A DNA stretch of 22,959 nt from a virus (Duplodnaviria; Heunggongvirae; Uroviricota; Caudoviricetes): IMG/VR virus record IMGVR_UViG_2645728010_000003. The stretch is one strand, 5' to 3'. Below, in pieces: positions 9,538 to 18,041 of the stretch. The notes under the pieces were generated by a model. It did not search any database. It had not been told where the DNA came from and saw only the letters and a program-made list of their open reading frames with translations. How positions within the stretch are numbered: the first letter of the stretch is position 1; each line of letters begins with the position of its first letter. Made by a program: the position numbers and the translations under genes.

Positions 9538-10344
9538 ATGAGTGTTATGAATCCAATAAGTTCTAATATATTTAATGCTGAATTTTTAAACACCCCGGCA
9601 GCGGCACTTGCCGCATGGATTTCCATTATTGGAGCTGTTATAACTTTGGTGACGATAGTTATAAGAGCACTATTCAAATATAGAAAATCTCATGATGTAA
9701 TTTTGAAAAAATCAGGAATACCTGCGTTTATATTAAATTTTTTTCTTATACGAATATCATTAAAAAGGCTGCCTACTATCACATGGGCTGAAAAATCAAT
9801 CACGGTTCTCTTTTCACTTCTTTTTTTGTGTGCAATTTATATTTTTGGTCCAGTTTTCATCCAAGCCATTAGAACCCCACCAAATAGCACATTGCTTTAT
9901 TGGATAAAGTCCGGTGAATCATTTTATATGTCAAAAAAACTGGCGACTGCAGCTACAATATTAACCACTCCTGATTGGGAAATATCAAAAGATGATTGCG
10001 AAGAGTCATCCTCTGCCAGTACAGAGAAGTACAAATCATTAACTATCGAACATAAAGAAATTCTTTGTAAACTACTAACCACTGATGAAGGGAATACTTA
10101 CATTGATGAAGAAGTCAAGAATTTCGTTAAAGACAAATTCTTTATCTATTCCTTTGCCCCAACAACCATATTTATTCTATTATGGATTTCTTTGGGTTTT
10201 ATACTGACCATTCACTATTCTAAAAAAGTTAGGAAATATATTCTGACTGAACAAAAAAATGCAATTCATTGGGCATATGGTGAATTCAAGACAGAAGGAA
10301 TCTATTCAATATATCACGAGTTAGAACGTAAGACTCACCATTAA
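9538..10344 (+). CDS. AT-rich moron: polytopic membrane protein of unknown function
   Basis: 268 aa, about 4 predicted TM helices plus a charged soluble domain; AGGTGGA Shine-Dalgarno 5 nt upstream; low GC against a GC-rich late operon; opposite strand to flanking V and S. Confidence 0.7.
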   Translation: MSVMNPISSNIFNAEFLNTPAAALAAWISIIGAVITLVTIVIRALFKYRKSHDVILKKSGIPAFILNFFLIRISLKRLPTITWAEKSITVLFSLLFLCAIYIFGPVFIQAIRTPPNSTLLYWIKSGESFYMSKKLATAATILTTPDWEISKDDCEESSSASTEKYKSLTIEHKEILCKLLTTDEGNTYIDEEVKNFVKDKFFIYSFAPTTIFILLWISLGFILTIHYSKKVRKYILTEQKNAIHWAYGEFKTEGIYSIYHELERKTHH

Positions 10345-10732
10345 GACCCAACAAACGACGCTCTGCGTAACGCACTTCCGGTCCTTTGCGGCTGACGCGA
10401 TCGCGCAGGCCATAATGGTGAACGCGGGCAATGCGCTGCACCTTACTTTCAAACTGTACGCTGGCAGAGTCGGCGCTGGCGGCGGTTTTCAGGTATTTGG
10501 TGGTGCGCAGCTTTGCAAACATCTGACGTTTGATGCGGCCTTTTTTACTGCGCGCCGTGACCTTGCGCGGTTCATAACTGCTGCCATCTGGATTGCGCTG
10601 CATCCTGATATTCTGCTGCTGTGTCCGGCGCAGTTCCTGCGCCAGCTGGCGCATCATGCGGCTTCTTGCGACTGGTTCCAGATTCGCCAGTAAGGCACTA
10701 AGCCAGTCGTCCACCTTCTGCAGTTCAGCCAC
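10286..10732 (-). CDS. S: Tail completion protein (gpS-like), C-terminus altered by the adjacent insertion
   Basis: P2 S-like N-terminus (MAELQKVDDWLSALLANLEP ... QQQNIRMQRNPDGS); 3' end overlaps the moron 3' end. Confidence 0.8.
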   Translation of the reverse strand: MAELQKVDDWLSALLANLEPVARSRMMRQLAQELRRTQQQNIRMQRNPDGSSYEPRKVTARSKKGRIKRQMFAKLRTTKYLKTAASADSASVQFESKVQRIARVHHYGLRDRVSRKGPEVRYAERRLLGLNGESYVLTRDILNRFLLS

Positions 10733-11177
10733 GTTTCACCGTCCACATTTCTTCAGGTTCATCGGGTTCTGCTACAGCTTCAACGCTCGACACACTGCCG
10801 TCAGTGCTGACCAGCACACGTTCCGTCAGATGCAGGTTAAGGCTGATATCACAGACATCGTTGCGCAGAATATCCACCTCAAAGGTAAATAGTTTTTCCC
10901 GTAACGCCGGGTTATTGATGGCATCGGGCTGGTTATCCCGCAGCCACAGCAAAACCGGGGCCATCAGCAGATTCTGGTCGCCGCTGAAATCCTCAATCAC
11001 CGCGTTCAGGGTGTAACGGTACTCCCACGACATGGAGCTGGCCCCCGTGGCAACCAGCGAACCGTTATCCACAAACAGATGCAGTTTGTCCGGGTTATTG
11101 CGGACATAAGGCACCGCTTTATTGAGGGCGTGGCGCAGGGATTGTGGTTTGTTCACTGTTTCGCTCCTGACACGCAA
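10725..11177 (-). CDS. R: Tail completion protein (gpR-like); true start may be GTG at 11156
   Basis: gpR-like sequence (LHLFVDNGS ... RYTLNAVIEDF ... DILRNDVCDISLNLHLTERV). Confidence 0.8.
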   Translation of the reverse strand: MRVRSETVNKPQSLRHALNKAVPYVRNNPDKLHLFVDNGSLVATGASSMSWEYRYTLNAVIEDFSGDQNLLMAPVLLWLRDNQPDAINNPALREKLFTFEVDILRNDVCDISLNLHLTERVLVSTDGSVSSVEAVAEPDEPEEMWTVKRG

Positions 11178-11409
11178 TAATCATGTCCACTTTGTCTGCA
11201 CAGACCGCCCAGGCGGCCTCCGTTTCATCCAGCAACGCGTTCAGATCACCGTTAGTGCGCGGCGTTGCCTGATCCAGCCGACACGGCGTCACTCGCGGAC
11301 AACCACTGACGGTAAGCTGTACCTCCGGTGAGTGCCGGACGTTCCCGCAGCCGGATAATGTCAGCAGGCAAAGGAGTATCAGCCCAGCGGCGTAAATCCT
11401 CGTTCTCAC
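11119..11409 (-). CDS. lysC: o-spanin lipoprotein (LysC/Rz1-like) embedded out of frame in lysB
   Basis: Signal peptide with lipobox LSGC, Pro-rich mature part, 96 aa. Confidence 0.65.
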   Translation of the reverse strand: MRTRIYAAGLILLCLLTLSGCGNVRHSPEVQLTVSGCPRVTPCRLDQATPRTNGDLNALLDETEAAWAVCADKVDMIIACQERNSEQTTIPAPRPQ

Positions 11410-11680
11410 GTTTCAGTTCCTCGATCCGGTGTTGTCGTTGTCTCAGCAGTGCACTGGTCTGTTCTGCTTCGGCATAGAGCCGCGCCTGCTCCCGGTTATT
11501 GGTTTCAGTCAGAATGGACAGGCTGATAAGCTGGCTGTTTTTCTTCGTCAGTTCCTGCGCTTTACTTTTCAGCGCCGCGCGCTGCGTTTCGATGGTGTGG
11601 CTGGCGCTGTTAAGCCGCCACGACTGCCAGCCCAGCGCAACGAGTGCCAGCGCCACCACTACTGCCAGCGCACGCGTCAT
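11252..11680 (-). CDS. lysB: i-spanin (LysB/Rz-like)
   Basis: N-terminal TM helix then coiled-coil periplasmic region; 142 aa. Confidence 0.7.
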   Translation of the reverse strand: MTRALAVVVALALVALGWQSWRLNSASHTIETQRAALKSKAQELTKKNSQLISLSILTETNNREQARLYAEAEQTSALLRQRQHRIEELKRENEDLRRWADTPLPADIIRLRERPALTGGTAYRQWLSASDAVSAGSGNAAH

Positions 11681-11816
11681 AGTCCAGCTCCTTTAAGGCA
11701 CCAGGCCATCTCCCGCGCACGGCGGTTATCCAGCCCCTGATTAAACACACCTTTTACATAAACCCAGCGCGGCAACTGTCGGCACGCATCTGCCCAGCGC
11801 CGCTGATTGAGCAATT

Positions 11817-12569
11817 TCACCAGTGTGGAACTACAGGCATTGCCCGTTGCTGCTTCTGCAGAGCAGACTCCAGTTCAGACAGGCGTTCTTCCTGCTCAGA
11901 CAGAGATTTTTCGGTTCGCGCGCTCAGGTTTTGCTGCTCAGTGGCGACCAGCTCCACGGCCTTATGCACATCAGAGAACCGGGCGTCATCGGACTGCTCT
12001 TTTTTGGTGAACAGCGCCGTGACGCGGGAAAACAGGGACGGTTTGTCGTCCTGGACTTCCTCCAGTTCGATCACCGTTTCCTCTGCAGCGGTAAAGAGAT
12101 TGGCAGGATTCTGCTTGCGGTTTGCCAGCGGGTTATGGGCTGCACTGGCGCTGAATGTCAGCATTTCAGTGCCCAGACTGGCAGGGTCATCAGTGGCAGC
12201 CAGGCCGACCAGGTAGGCTTTGCCCGTATCAGCGAACTTCGGGCTGACTTCCATAGAGGTGAATAATTTCTGGCCTTTTTTCACCAGTTCCACCAGGGAC
12301 TCCGTTGGCTCAACGTCGGCATACAGCGCCATCTTGCCTGCCAGCGGACCTTCCGTGATTTCCTCAGCAAACAGCGCCGTCACCTTGCCGTAGCGGTTAA
12401 AGGTGCTGTCCGGCAGATAAGACTTGATGTGCTCAAGGTTAATCAGCGCGGTATACACCGCCGGGTTGTAGCTGGCTGCCATCTGTTCCAGCCATTCACG
12501 CTGGATTTCGCGTCCGTCGGTGGTGGCACCTTCCACCCCGATGCGAAAACGCTTTGCTTTCACTGTCAT
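11817..12569 (-). CDS. O: Capsid scaffold protein (gpO-like), C-terminally truncated
   Basis: RFRIGVEG ... INLEH ... YLVGLAATDDPASLGTE motifs of gpO; about 30 aa shorter than P2 O, and 137 bp from lysB with N, M, L, X, Y, K and lysA absent. Confidence 0.85.
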   Translation of the reverse strand: MTVKAKRFRIGVEGATTDGREIQREWLEQMAASYNPAVYTALINLEHIKSYLPDSTFNRYGKVTALFAEEITEGPLAGKMALYADVEPTESLVELVKKGQKLFTSMEVSPKFADTGKAYLVGLAATDDPASLGTEMLTFSASAAHNPLANRKQNPANLFTAAEETVIELEEVQDDKPSLFSRVTALFTKKEQSDDARFSDVHKAVELVATEQQNLSARTEKSLSEQEERLSELESALQKQQRAMPVVPHW

Positions 12570-12647
12570 GAGCCGTGCTCCGTTAAAAAAAACTTACTGG
12601 AGCCTTATGGTTGCGGTGATGGGGGTAGTGAAACAATGCGCGGTATT

Positions 12648-12665
12648 TGTACCGACAACCACACA
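12648..12665. promoter_or_regulatory. TGT-N12-ACA dyad (possible Ogr-dependent late promoter element for O)
   Basis: Dyad centred about 87 nt upstream of the O start codon in the divergent O/P intergenic region; motif alone is weak evidence. Confidence 0.3.
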
Positions 12666-12711
12666 AACCGCAGGCGGGGAAAGCCTTCATTCAAGGCTGT
12701 AGGTTTGTGCC

Positions 12712-14478
12712 ATGAACACCACACTGACACCCGCAGATCTCGATCCCCGTCGGCAGGCCATGCTGCTGTACTTTCAGGGATACCGCGTAGCCCGCATTGC
12801 TGAAATGCTGGGCGAGAAAGTTGCAACCGTTCACAGCTGGAAAAAACGCGACAAGTGGGGTGACTATGGGCCGCTGGATCAGATGCAGCTCACCACCGCC
12901 GCACGCTACTGCCAGCTCATTATGAAGGAGCACAAAGAAGGGAAAGATTTCAAAGAGATTGACCTGCTGGCGCGCCAGTCGGAGCGCCATGCGCGGATCG
13001 GCAAGTTTAACAATGGCGGCAACGAAGCCGACTTAAACCCTAACGTCGCCAACCGCAACAAAGGCCCGCGTCGTCAGCCGGAAAAGAACGTTTTCACCGA
13101 TGAACAGATTGAGAAGCTGGAAGAAATCTTCCATTCCTCCATGTTCAACTACCAGCGCCACTGGTGGGAAGCCGGAAAAACCAACCGCATCCGCAACCTG
13201 CTGAAGTCACGCCAGATCGGCGCGACCTTCTATTTTGCCCGTGAAGCCCTGATTGACGCCCTGCTAACCGGGCGTAACCAGATTTTCCTTTCCGCCAGCA
13301 AGGCACAGGCCCACGTCTTTAAGCAGTACATCATCGACTTCGCCAAAGAAGTGGAGGTGGAGCTGAAAGGCGATCCGATAGTGCTTCCTAACGGGGCCAC
13401 GCTGTACTTCCTCGGCACCAATGCCCGCACGGCCCAGAGTTACCACGGCAACCTGTATCTGGATGAATATTTCTGGATACCGAAATTCCAAGAGCTGCGC
13501 AAAGTGGCTTCCGGTATGGCTATTCACAAAAAATGGCGACAAACCTATTTTTCCACGCCATCCAGCCTGACACACAGTGCTTATCCGTTCTGGTCCGGTG
13601 CGCTGTTCAACCGTGGGCGCAACAAAGCCGACAAGGTGGACATCGACCTGTCCCACAGCAATCTGGCCCCCGGCCTGCTGTGCACAGACGGGCAATACCG
13701 CCAGATAGTCACCGTGGAAGATGCGGTGCGCGGCGGCTGTAACCTGTTCGACCTCGACCAGCTACGCATGGAGTACAGCCCGGACGAATACCAGAACCTG
13801 CTGATGTGCGAGTTCGTGGACGATCTCGCGTCCGTGTTCCCGCTCAGCGAGCTGCAAGCGTGCATGGTGGACAGTTGGGAAATCTGGACCGACTTTCATG
13901 CACTGGCCCTGCGCCCGTTTGGCTGGCGCGAAGTGTGGATCGGTTATGACCCGGCAAAAGGTACGCAGAACGGCGACAGTGCCGGATGCGTGGTGGTGGC
14001 ACCGCCAGCCGTGCCGGGTGGTAAGTTCCGCATTCTTGAGCGTCACCAGTGGCGCGGGATGGACTTCCGCGCCCAGGCTGACGCCATCAAAAAACTGACC
14101 GAGCAGTACAACGTGACCTACATCGGCATCGACTCGACAGGTGTCGGCCACGGGGTTTACGAGAACGTGAAAGCGTTTTTTCCAGCCGTCCGGGAGTTTG
14201 TCTACAACCCCAACGTTAAAAACGCCCTGGTACTCAAGGCCTACGACATTATCAGTCACCGTCGTCTGGAGTTTGACGCCGGACACACCGACATAGCGCA
14301 GTCATTTATGGCAATCCGTCGCGCCACCACCGCCAGCGGCAACCGCCCAACCTATGAAGCCAGCCGCAGCGAAGAAGCCAGCCATGCCGATCTGGCCTGG
14401 GCAACAATGCACGCACTGTTTAACGAACCGCTGCAGGGCGAGTCCGCCAATACCAGCAATATTGTGGAGATTTTTTGA
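12712..14478 (+). CDS. P: Terminase large subunit (gpP-like)
   Basis: 588 aa; P2 gpP-like sequence with ATPase and nuclease regions. Confidence 0.92.
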   Translation: MNTTLTPADLDPRRQAMLLYFQGYRVARIAEMLGEKVATVHSWKKRDKWGDYGPLDQMQLTTAARYCQLIMKEHKEGKDFKEIDLLARQSERHARIGKFNNGGNEADLNPNVANRNKGPRRQPEKNVFTDEQIEKLEEIFHSSMFNYQRHWWEAGKTNRIRNLLKSRQIGATFYFAREALIDALLTGRNQIFLSASKAQAHVFKQYIIDFAKEVEVELKGDPIVLPNGATLYFLGTNARTAQSYHGNLYLDEYFWIPKFQELRKVASGMAIHKKWRQTYFSTPSSLTHSAYPFWSGALFNRGRNKADKVDIDLSHSNLAPGLLCTDGQYRQIVTVEDAVRGGCNLFDLDQLRMEYSPDEYQNLLMCEFVDDLASVFPLSELQACMVDSWEIWTDFHALALRPFGWREVWIGYDPAKGTQNGDSAGCVVVAPPAVPGGKFRILERHQWRGMDFRAQADAIKKLTEQYNVTYIGIDSTGVGHGVYENVKAFFPAVREFVYNPNVKNALVLKAYDIISHRRLEFDAGHTDIAQSFMAIRRATTASGNRPTYEASRSEEASHADLAWATMHALFNEPLQGESANTSNIVEIF

Positions 14479-15503
14479 TGGGAAAGAGTAAGAAAAACCG
14501 CGCTGCGGCGACGAACCAGATCCAGCATAAAAACCAAACTTCAGCCGAAGCATTCAGCTTCGGTGATCCCGTTCCTGTTCTGGACCGCCGCGAATTACTG
14601 GACTATGTGGAATGCGTAAAGATGGACCGCTGGTATGAGCCACCCGTAAGTTTTGACGGACTGGCGCGAACATTCCGCGCCGCCGTACACCACAGTTCAC
14701 CGATTGCAGTAAAGTGCAACATTCTGACCAGCACCTACATCCCTCACCCGCTGCTCAGCCAGCAGGCGTTTTCACGTTTTGTGCAGGACTATCTGGTTTT
14801 TGGTAACGCCTACCTGGAGAAACGCACGAACCGATTCGGTGAAGTTATCGCCCTTGAGCCTGCGCTGGCAAAATACACCCGACGCGGATTAGACCTAGAT
14901 ACCTACTGGTTTGTGCAATACGGCATGACCACGCAGCCGTATCAGTTCACGAAAGGCAGCATTTTTCATCTGATGGAACCGGACATCAACCAGGAGATCT
15001 ACGGCCTGCCCGGCTATCTTTCTGCCATCCCATCCGCCCTGCTCAACGAGTCCGCCACGCTGTTCCGCCGAAAGTATTACATTAACGGTAGTCATGCAGG
15101 CTTCATCATGTACATGACCGATGCCGCGCAGAACCAGGAAGATGTGAACAACCTCCGCAATGCGATGAAAAGTGCCAAAGGCCCTGGCAACTTCCGCAAC
15201 CTGTTTATGTACTCGCCTAATGGTAAAAAAGACGGACTTCAGATTATCCCGTTGTCAGAAGTCACAGCGAAGGATGAGTTTCTGAATATCAAGAACGTGA
15301 GCCGTGATGACATGATGGCGGCACACCGCGTGCCGCCGCAAATGATGGGAATTATGCCTAATAATGTCGGGGGGTTTGGGGATGTGGAGAAGGCTAGCAA
15401 GGTATTCGTAAGAAACGAATTGATGCCCCTGCAGAAACGATTGCAGGAACTAAATAACTGGTTGGACGAAGAAGTGCTCAATTTTTCAACCTATGAGCTT
15501 TAG
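14475..15503 (+). CDS. Q: Portal protein (gpQ-like)
   Basis: 342 aa; gpQ-like sequence; overlaps the P stop by 4 nt. Confidence 0.92.
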   Translation: MMGKSKKNRAAATNQIQHKNQTSAEAFSFGDPVPVLDRRELLDYVECVKMDRWYEPPVSFDGLARTFRAAVHHSSPIAVKCNILTSTYIPHPLLSQQAFSRFVQDYLVFGNAYLEKRTNRFGEVIALEPALAKYTRRGLDLDTYWFVQYGMTTQPYQFTKGSIFHLMEPDINQEIYGLPGYLSAIPSALLNESATLFRRKYYINGSHAGFIMYMTDAAQNQEDVNNLRNAMKSAKGPGNFRNLFMYSPNGKKDGLQIIPLSEVTAKDEFLNIKNVSRDDMMAAHRVPPQMMGIMPNNVGGFGDVEKASKVFVRNELMPLQKRLQELNNWLDEEVLNFSTYEL

Positions 15504-15511
15504 TTTTAAAA

Positions 15512-15531
15512 CGAAGACCATTAGGTCTTCG
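15512..15531. terminator. Bidirectional hairpin shared by convergent Q and retron RT
   Basis: cgaagacc-atta-ggtcttcg with T-rich flanks on both strands; the RT stop codon lies in the loop. Confidence 0.6.
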
Positions 15532-16483
15532 CTTTATTTAAAGGGTTCTTTCCATATTTTTTTTCTAATTTGCTAATATAAGTTATTAATCTCCTATGGC
15601 TTTTTGAATCCACACTTAAAATAAATGACAACCATCCCCTAACGTGTTCTATCTCAGAAGACTTACCGCAAAATATATGATGTATCTTTGCTCTAATTTC
15701 TTTATATTTTTCTCTACCTATCCCAACTTTCTCTTGTGAAATAACTAAACCTGTAACTTTCCTCTGACTACGAGGCCCACTAATACAAGTTTTTTTTGAG
15801 TTAATAACCAATCCTTCACTTGGGATTATAGAAAATAAAAAATCACGTGCTTTAACAACCTTTTTCATAGACTGTGCAGATAAGGTGAGATCATCGGCAT
15901 ATCTCGTATATATCAAGCCCCGACTACCTGCATAACCCTGAATACGATAATCAAGTTTAGAACATATTAGATTAGCTAATTTAGGTGATGATGGAGCACC
16001 TTGTGGTAGCAGATTTTTATAACAACATATTTTTGTCAAAACTGAAGATATTAGTCGATTATAACCAAGAGAATGGAACACTCCAAAAACTTTGTTAGCA
16101 GTTAAACTTGGGAAAAAATCCTCCAAATCAATATTCAGTATAAAGTTTGCCCCAATATGCGGGGTAGCATTATTCAAAATAGATTGGTGCTTTTCAAATC
16201 CAATAGAAAAAGGAGATGACGACAGTTTATCTAAAATGTTACGTAGAACCCATCCTTGTAAGGCTTTAAGTTCTCGAGAAGGTTGGTAAATGGTTCTCAT
16301 TCTCTTCTCTGGGCCTTTCTTTTCTACAGTGTAGATCCTATAGCGAAAATCAGCTGTATAGATTAACAACCGAAGTGTTTCAACAGATATGCGAGTCGCC
16401 TTAGACATGTCATGCAAATTGTTCATGACAGGTAGGCCGAGATTTCTCAATCTAAAAGTGTTCAAATATTCAGCGGATTTCAT
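15521..16483 (-). CDS. ret: Retron reverse transcriptase (Ec86/Eco1-type)
   Basis: 320 aa; RT motifs including LPQGAPSSP and YTRYADDLTLS (YADD box); directly downstream of the msr-msd locus; matches my memory of the Ec86 RT. Confidence 0.95.
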   Translation of the reverse strand: MKSAEYLNTFRLRNLGLPVMNNLHDMSKATRISVETLRLLIYTADFRYRIYTVEKKGPEKRMRTIYQPSRELKALQGWVLRNILDKLSSSPFSIGFEKHQSILNNATPHIGANFILNIDLEDFFPSLTANKVFGVFHSLGYNRLISSVLTKICCYKNLLPQGAPSSPKLANLICSKLDYRIQGYAGSRGLIYTRYADDLTLSAQSMKKVVKARDFLFSIIPSEGLVINSKKTCISGPRSQRKVTGLVISQEKVGIGREKYKEIRAKIHHIFCGKSSEIEHVRGWLSFILSVDSKSHRRLITYISKLEKKYGKNPLNKAKT

Positions 16484-16489
16484 GAAAGT

Positions 16490-16658
16490 TGCGCACCCTT
16501 ACGTCAGAAAAAACGGGTTTCCTGGTTGGCTCGGAGAGCATCAGGCGATGCTCTCCGTTCCAACAAGGAAAACAGACAGTAACTCAGATTCAATGCAGGA
16601 TGCCGAAACAACATCCAGAGGTTGACCTTAATGATAAACCTCTCGCTAAGGGTGCGCA
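16490..16658 (-). ncRNA. msr-msd: Retron msr-msd non-coding RNA (msDNA template)
   Basis: Flanked by 12-bp inverted repeats a2 (16490-16501, TGCGCACCCTTA) and a1 (16647-16658); internal perfect 10-bp hairpin at 16533-16556; minus-strand sequence matches what I recall of Ec86 msr/msd. Confidence 0.9.
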
Positions 16659-17569
16659 TACGGAATCTTATCATAGTTAAATGTTGATTTTCTACGGTTT
16701 TCAAAATTCATAATCTCAAGCCGCAATCGGTCAAGTGTCTTTCTATCAAAGACGCTCCTAACATAGCTAGCCCCCAAAGCAGTGACCTGATAACCATCAG
16801 TCATTTGAAGTATTTTTCGTTCATTTATTAGACGAGAAACAACGGATCTAACAATAATTTTAGATAAAACATCATCTTGCTTTATCGCTTTAAAAGCTAG
16901 TTCACACAGTGTGCGGTAGTTGACACTATCCAGTAAATAGATACAAGGCAATAGAAACCGCTCTGCGTATAATATATTTCCAATATCTTTTGATACTTTA
17001 TTTTCTTTCCTAACCTTCTTAATAGATGCCATTAATTTTTTATATAATCGTAATTTTCTGGCAACATCAATAGATGAATCACACATTTCTTTTAGTTCAT
17101 TTGAACTACAACGCAAAACAGATTTTGAATTAAACTTACGCAACAGGCGAACAGGACCATAGTTAATAAAGCTACGTTTTGATTTAAATTTTGCATCTTG
17201 AATGCAAATCAACTTTCTCCTTAAGTTTTCATTATTAGAGAACGCACCAAGCTCTGTGAAAGACCCCGGACTTTCAGGAAATAAAATTATTACATCGACA
17301 GCTTCAGCCAGAATATTTTCTAAACTTAAAAGGCTATGCTGCCCTTGACCAGCCAAAAGATCATCAAATAGATCTTCTGGATAAAATATATCAACATCAC
17401 TGAACTTTGCTAAAAATTGTGATAATTGATGACGCCAAGATTGATGATTAGCAACGTCACCACCACATAGAAAAATGGTTATTTTAATATTAGCTCCTCG
17501 ATAGAAGCCTTTCTTTGTGAGATGTCCTATAAGCTGTTGTTGCTGCTCATCGGTAAATTTTTTATTCAT
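16646..17569 (-). CDS. Retron effector, nucleoside 2-deoxyribosyltransferase-like N-terminal domain plus C-terminal domain
   Basis: 307 aa directly upstream of msr; Rossmann-like IFLCGG ... ILFPESPGSFTELG pattern; stop codon overlaps a1; GGGGAG RBS. Confidence 0.8.
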   Translation of the reverse strand: MNKKFTDEQQQQLIGHLTKKGFYRGANIKITIFLCGGDVANHQSWRHQLSQFLAKFSDVDIFYPEDLFDDLLAGQGQHSLLSLENILAEAVDVIILFPESPGSFTELGAFSNNENLRRKLICIQDAKFKSKRSFINYGPVRLLRKFNSKSVLRCSSNELKEMCDSSIDVARKLRLYKKLMASIKKVRKENKVSKDIGNILYAERFLLPCIYLLDSVNYRTLCELAFKAIKQDDVLSKIIVRSVVSRLINERKILQMTDGYQVTALGASYVRSVFDRKTLDRLRLEIMNFENRRKSTFNYDKIPYAHP

Positions 17570-17642
17570 AATCTCCCCGCTTTTTTTTCTACTTTATACA
17601 TCAAGTTATGAATAGATCCAATCTCCATACCACATGGCGCGC

Positions 17643-17662
17643 GCTCGTATCCCCGCCACGCC
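17643..17662 (-). other. cos-like remnant (13 of 19 nt of the remembered 186 cohesive end)
   Basis: Minus strand reads GGCGTGGCGGGGATACGAGC; the first 13 nt equal the 186 cos start as I remember it (GGCGTGGCGGGGAAAGCAT). Confidence 0.35.
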
Positions 17663-17684
17663 TGCCCGCTTTATGCAGTGGTTT

Positions 17685-17786
17685 TCATGCACATGCATAA
17701 CATGAGCAAAAGCCCGCCAGTTCTGGCGGATCTGAGCAAAGACGATCCTCAATCGATCATGCGATTTCATGCAGCATAGTCATGCA
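17685..17786. repeat. Cluster of five to six (T)CATGCA motifs
   Basis: Copies at about 17685, 17692, 17757, 17767 and 17780, plus variants; function unknown. Confidence 0.35.
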
Positions 17787-18041
17787 CTGTCAAGGAAGTG
17801 AAAATCCGTATCTGAATGGCCACTTGAAAAACGGATCATACGGGTTTACAAAGATGAATGTTCGCTGTGAACGGGAAGCGGAAGTTAACTTTCAGATAAC
17901 ATAATCCATATGCACGAGAACCTCTAAAATAGAATGGGACACCTAAGCGGGGTACTTACAACGATTCTTTCCATATTCACAGTTAACACTCTGTTTGGCG
18001 TATTTTTATTCAAATAGCAAACACCAATAAAAGGAGTTTCC

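Noticed and set aside
8856-9677. 273-aa version of V extending to 9677
   Set aside because: The N-terminal 81 codons run antisense through the moron promoter/RBS region and are not gpV-like; start moved to the Met at 9434.
12429-14286. ORFs antisense to or overlapping P (for example 13264-13695, 13762-14286 on the minus strand) and 12429-12803 (+) across the O/P promoter region
   Set aside because: Shadow frames of a GC-rich, well-supported terminase gene or frames spanning an intergenic promoter region; no RBS.
16092-16704. Short ORFs within the RT gene and across the msr-msd locus (16092-16289, 16389-16625, 16489-16680, 16504-16704)
   Set aside because: These overlap the structured ncRNA and the RT gene; the region is accounted for by the retron RNA and should not be called protein-coding.
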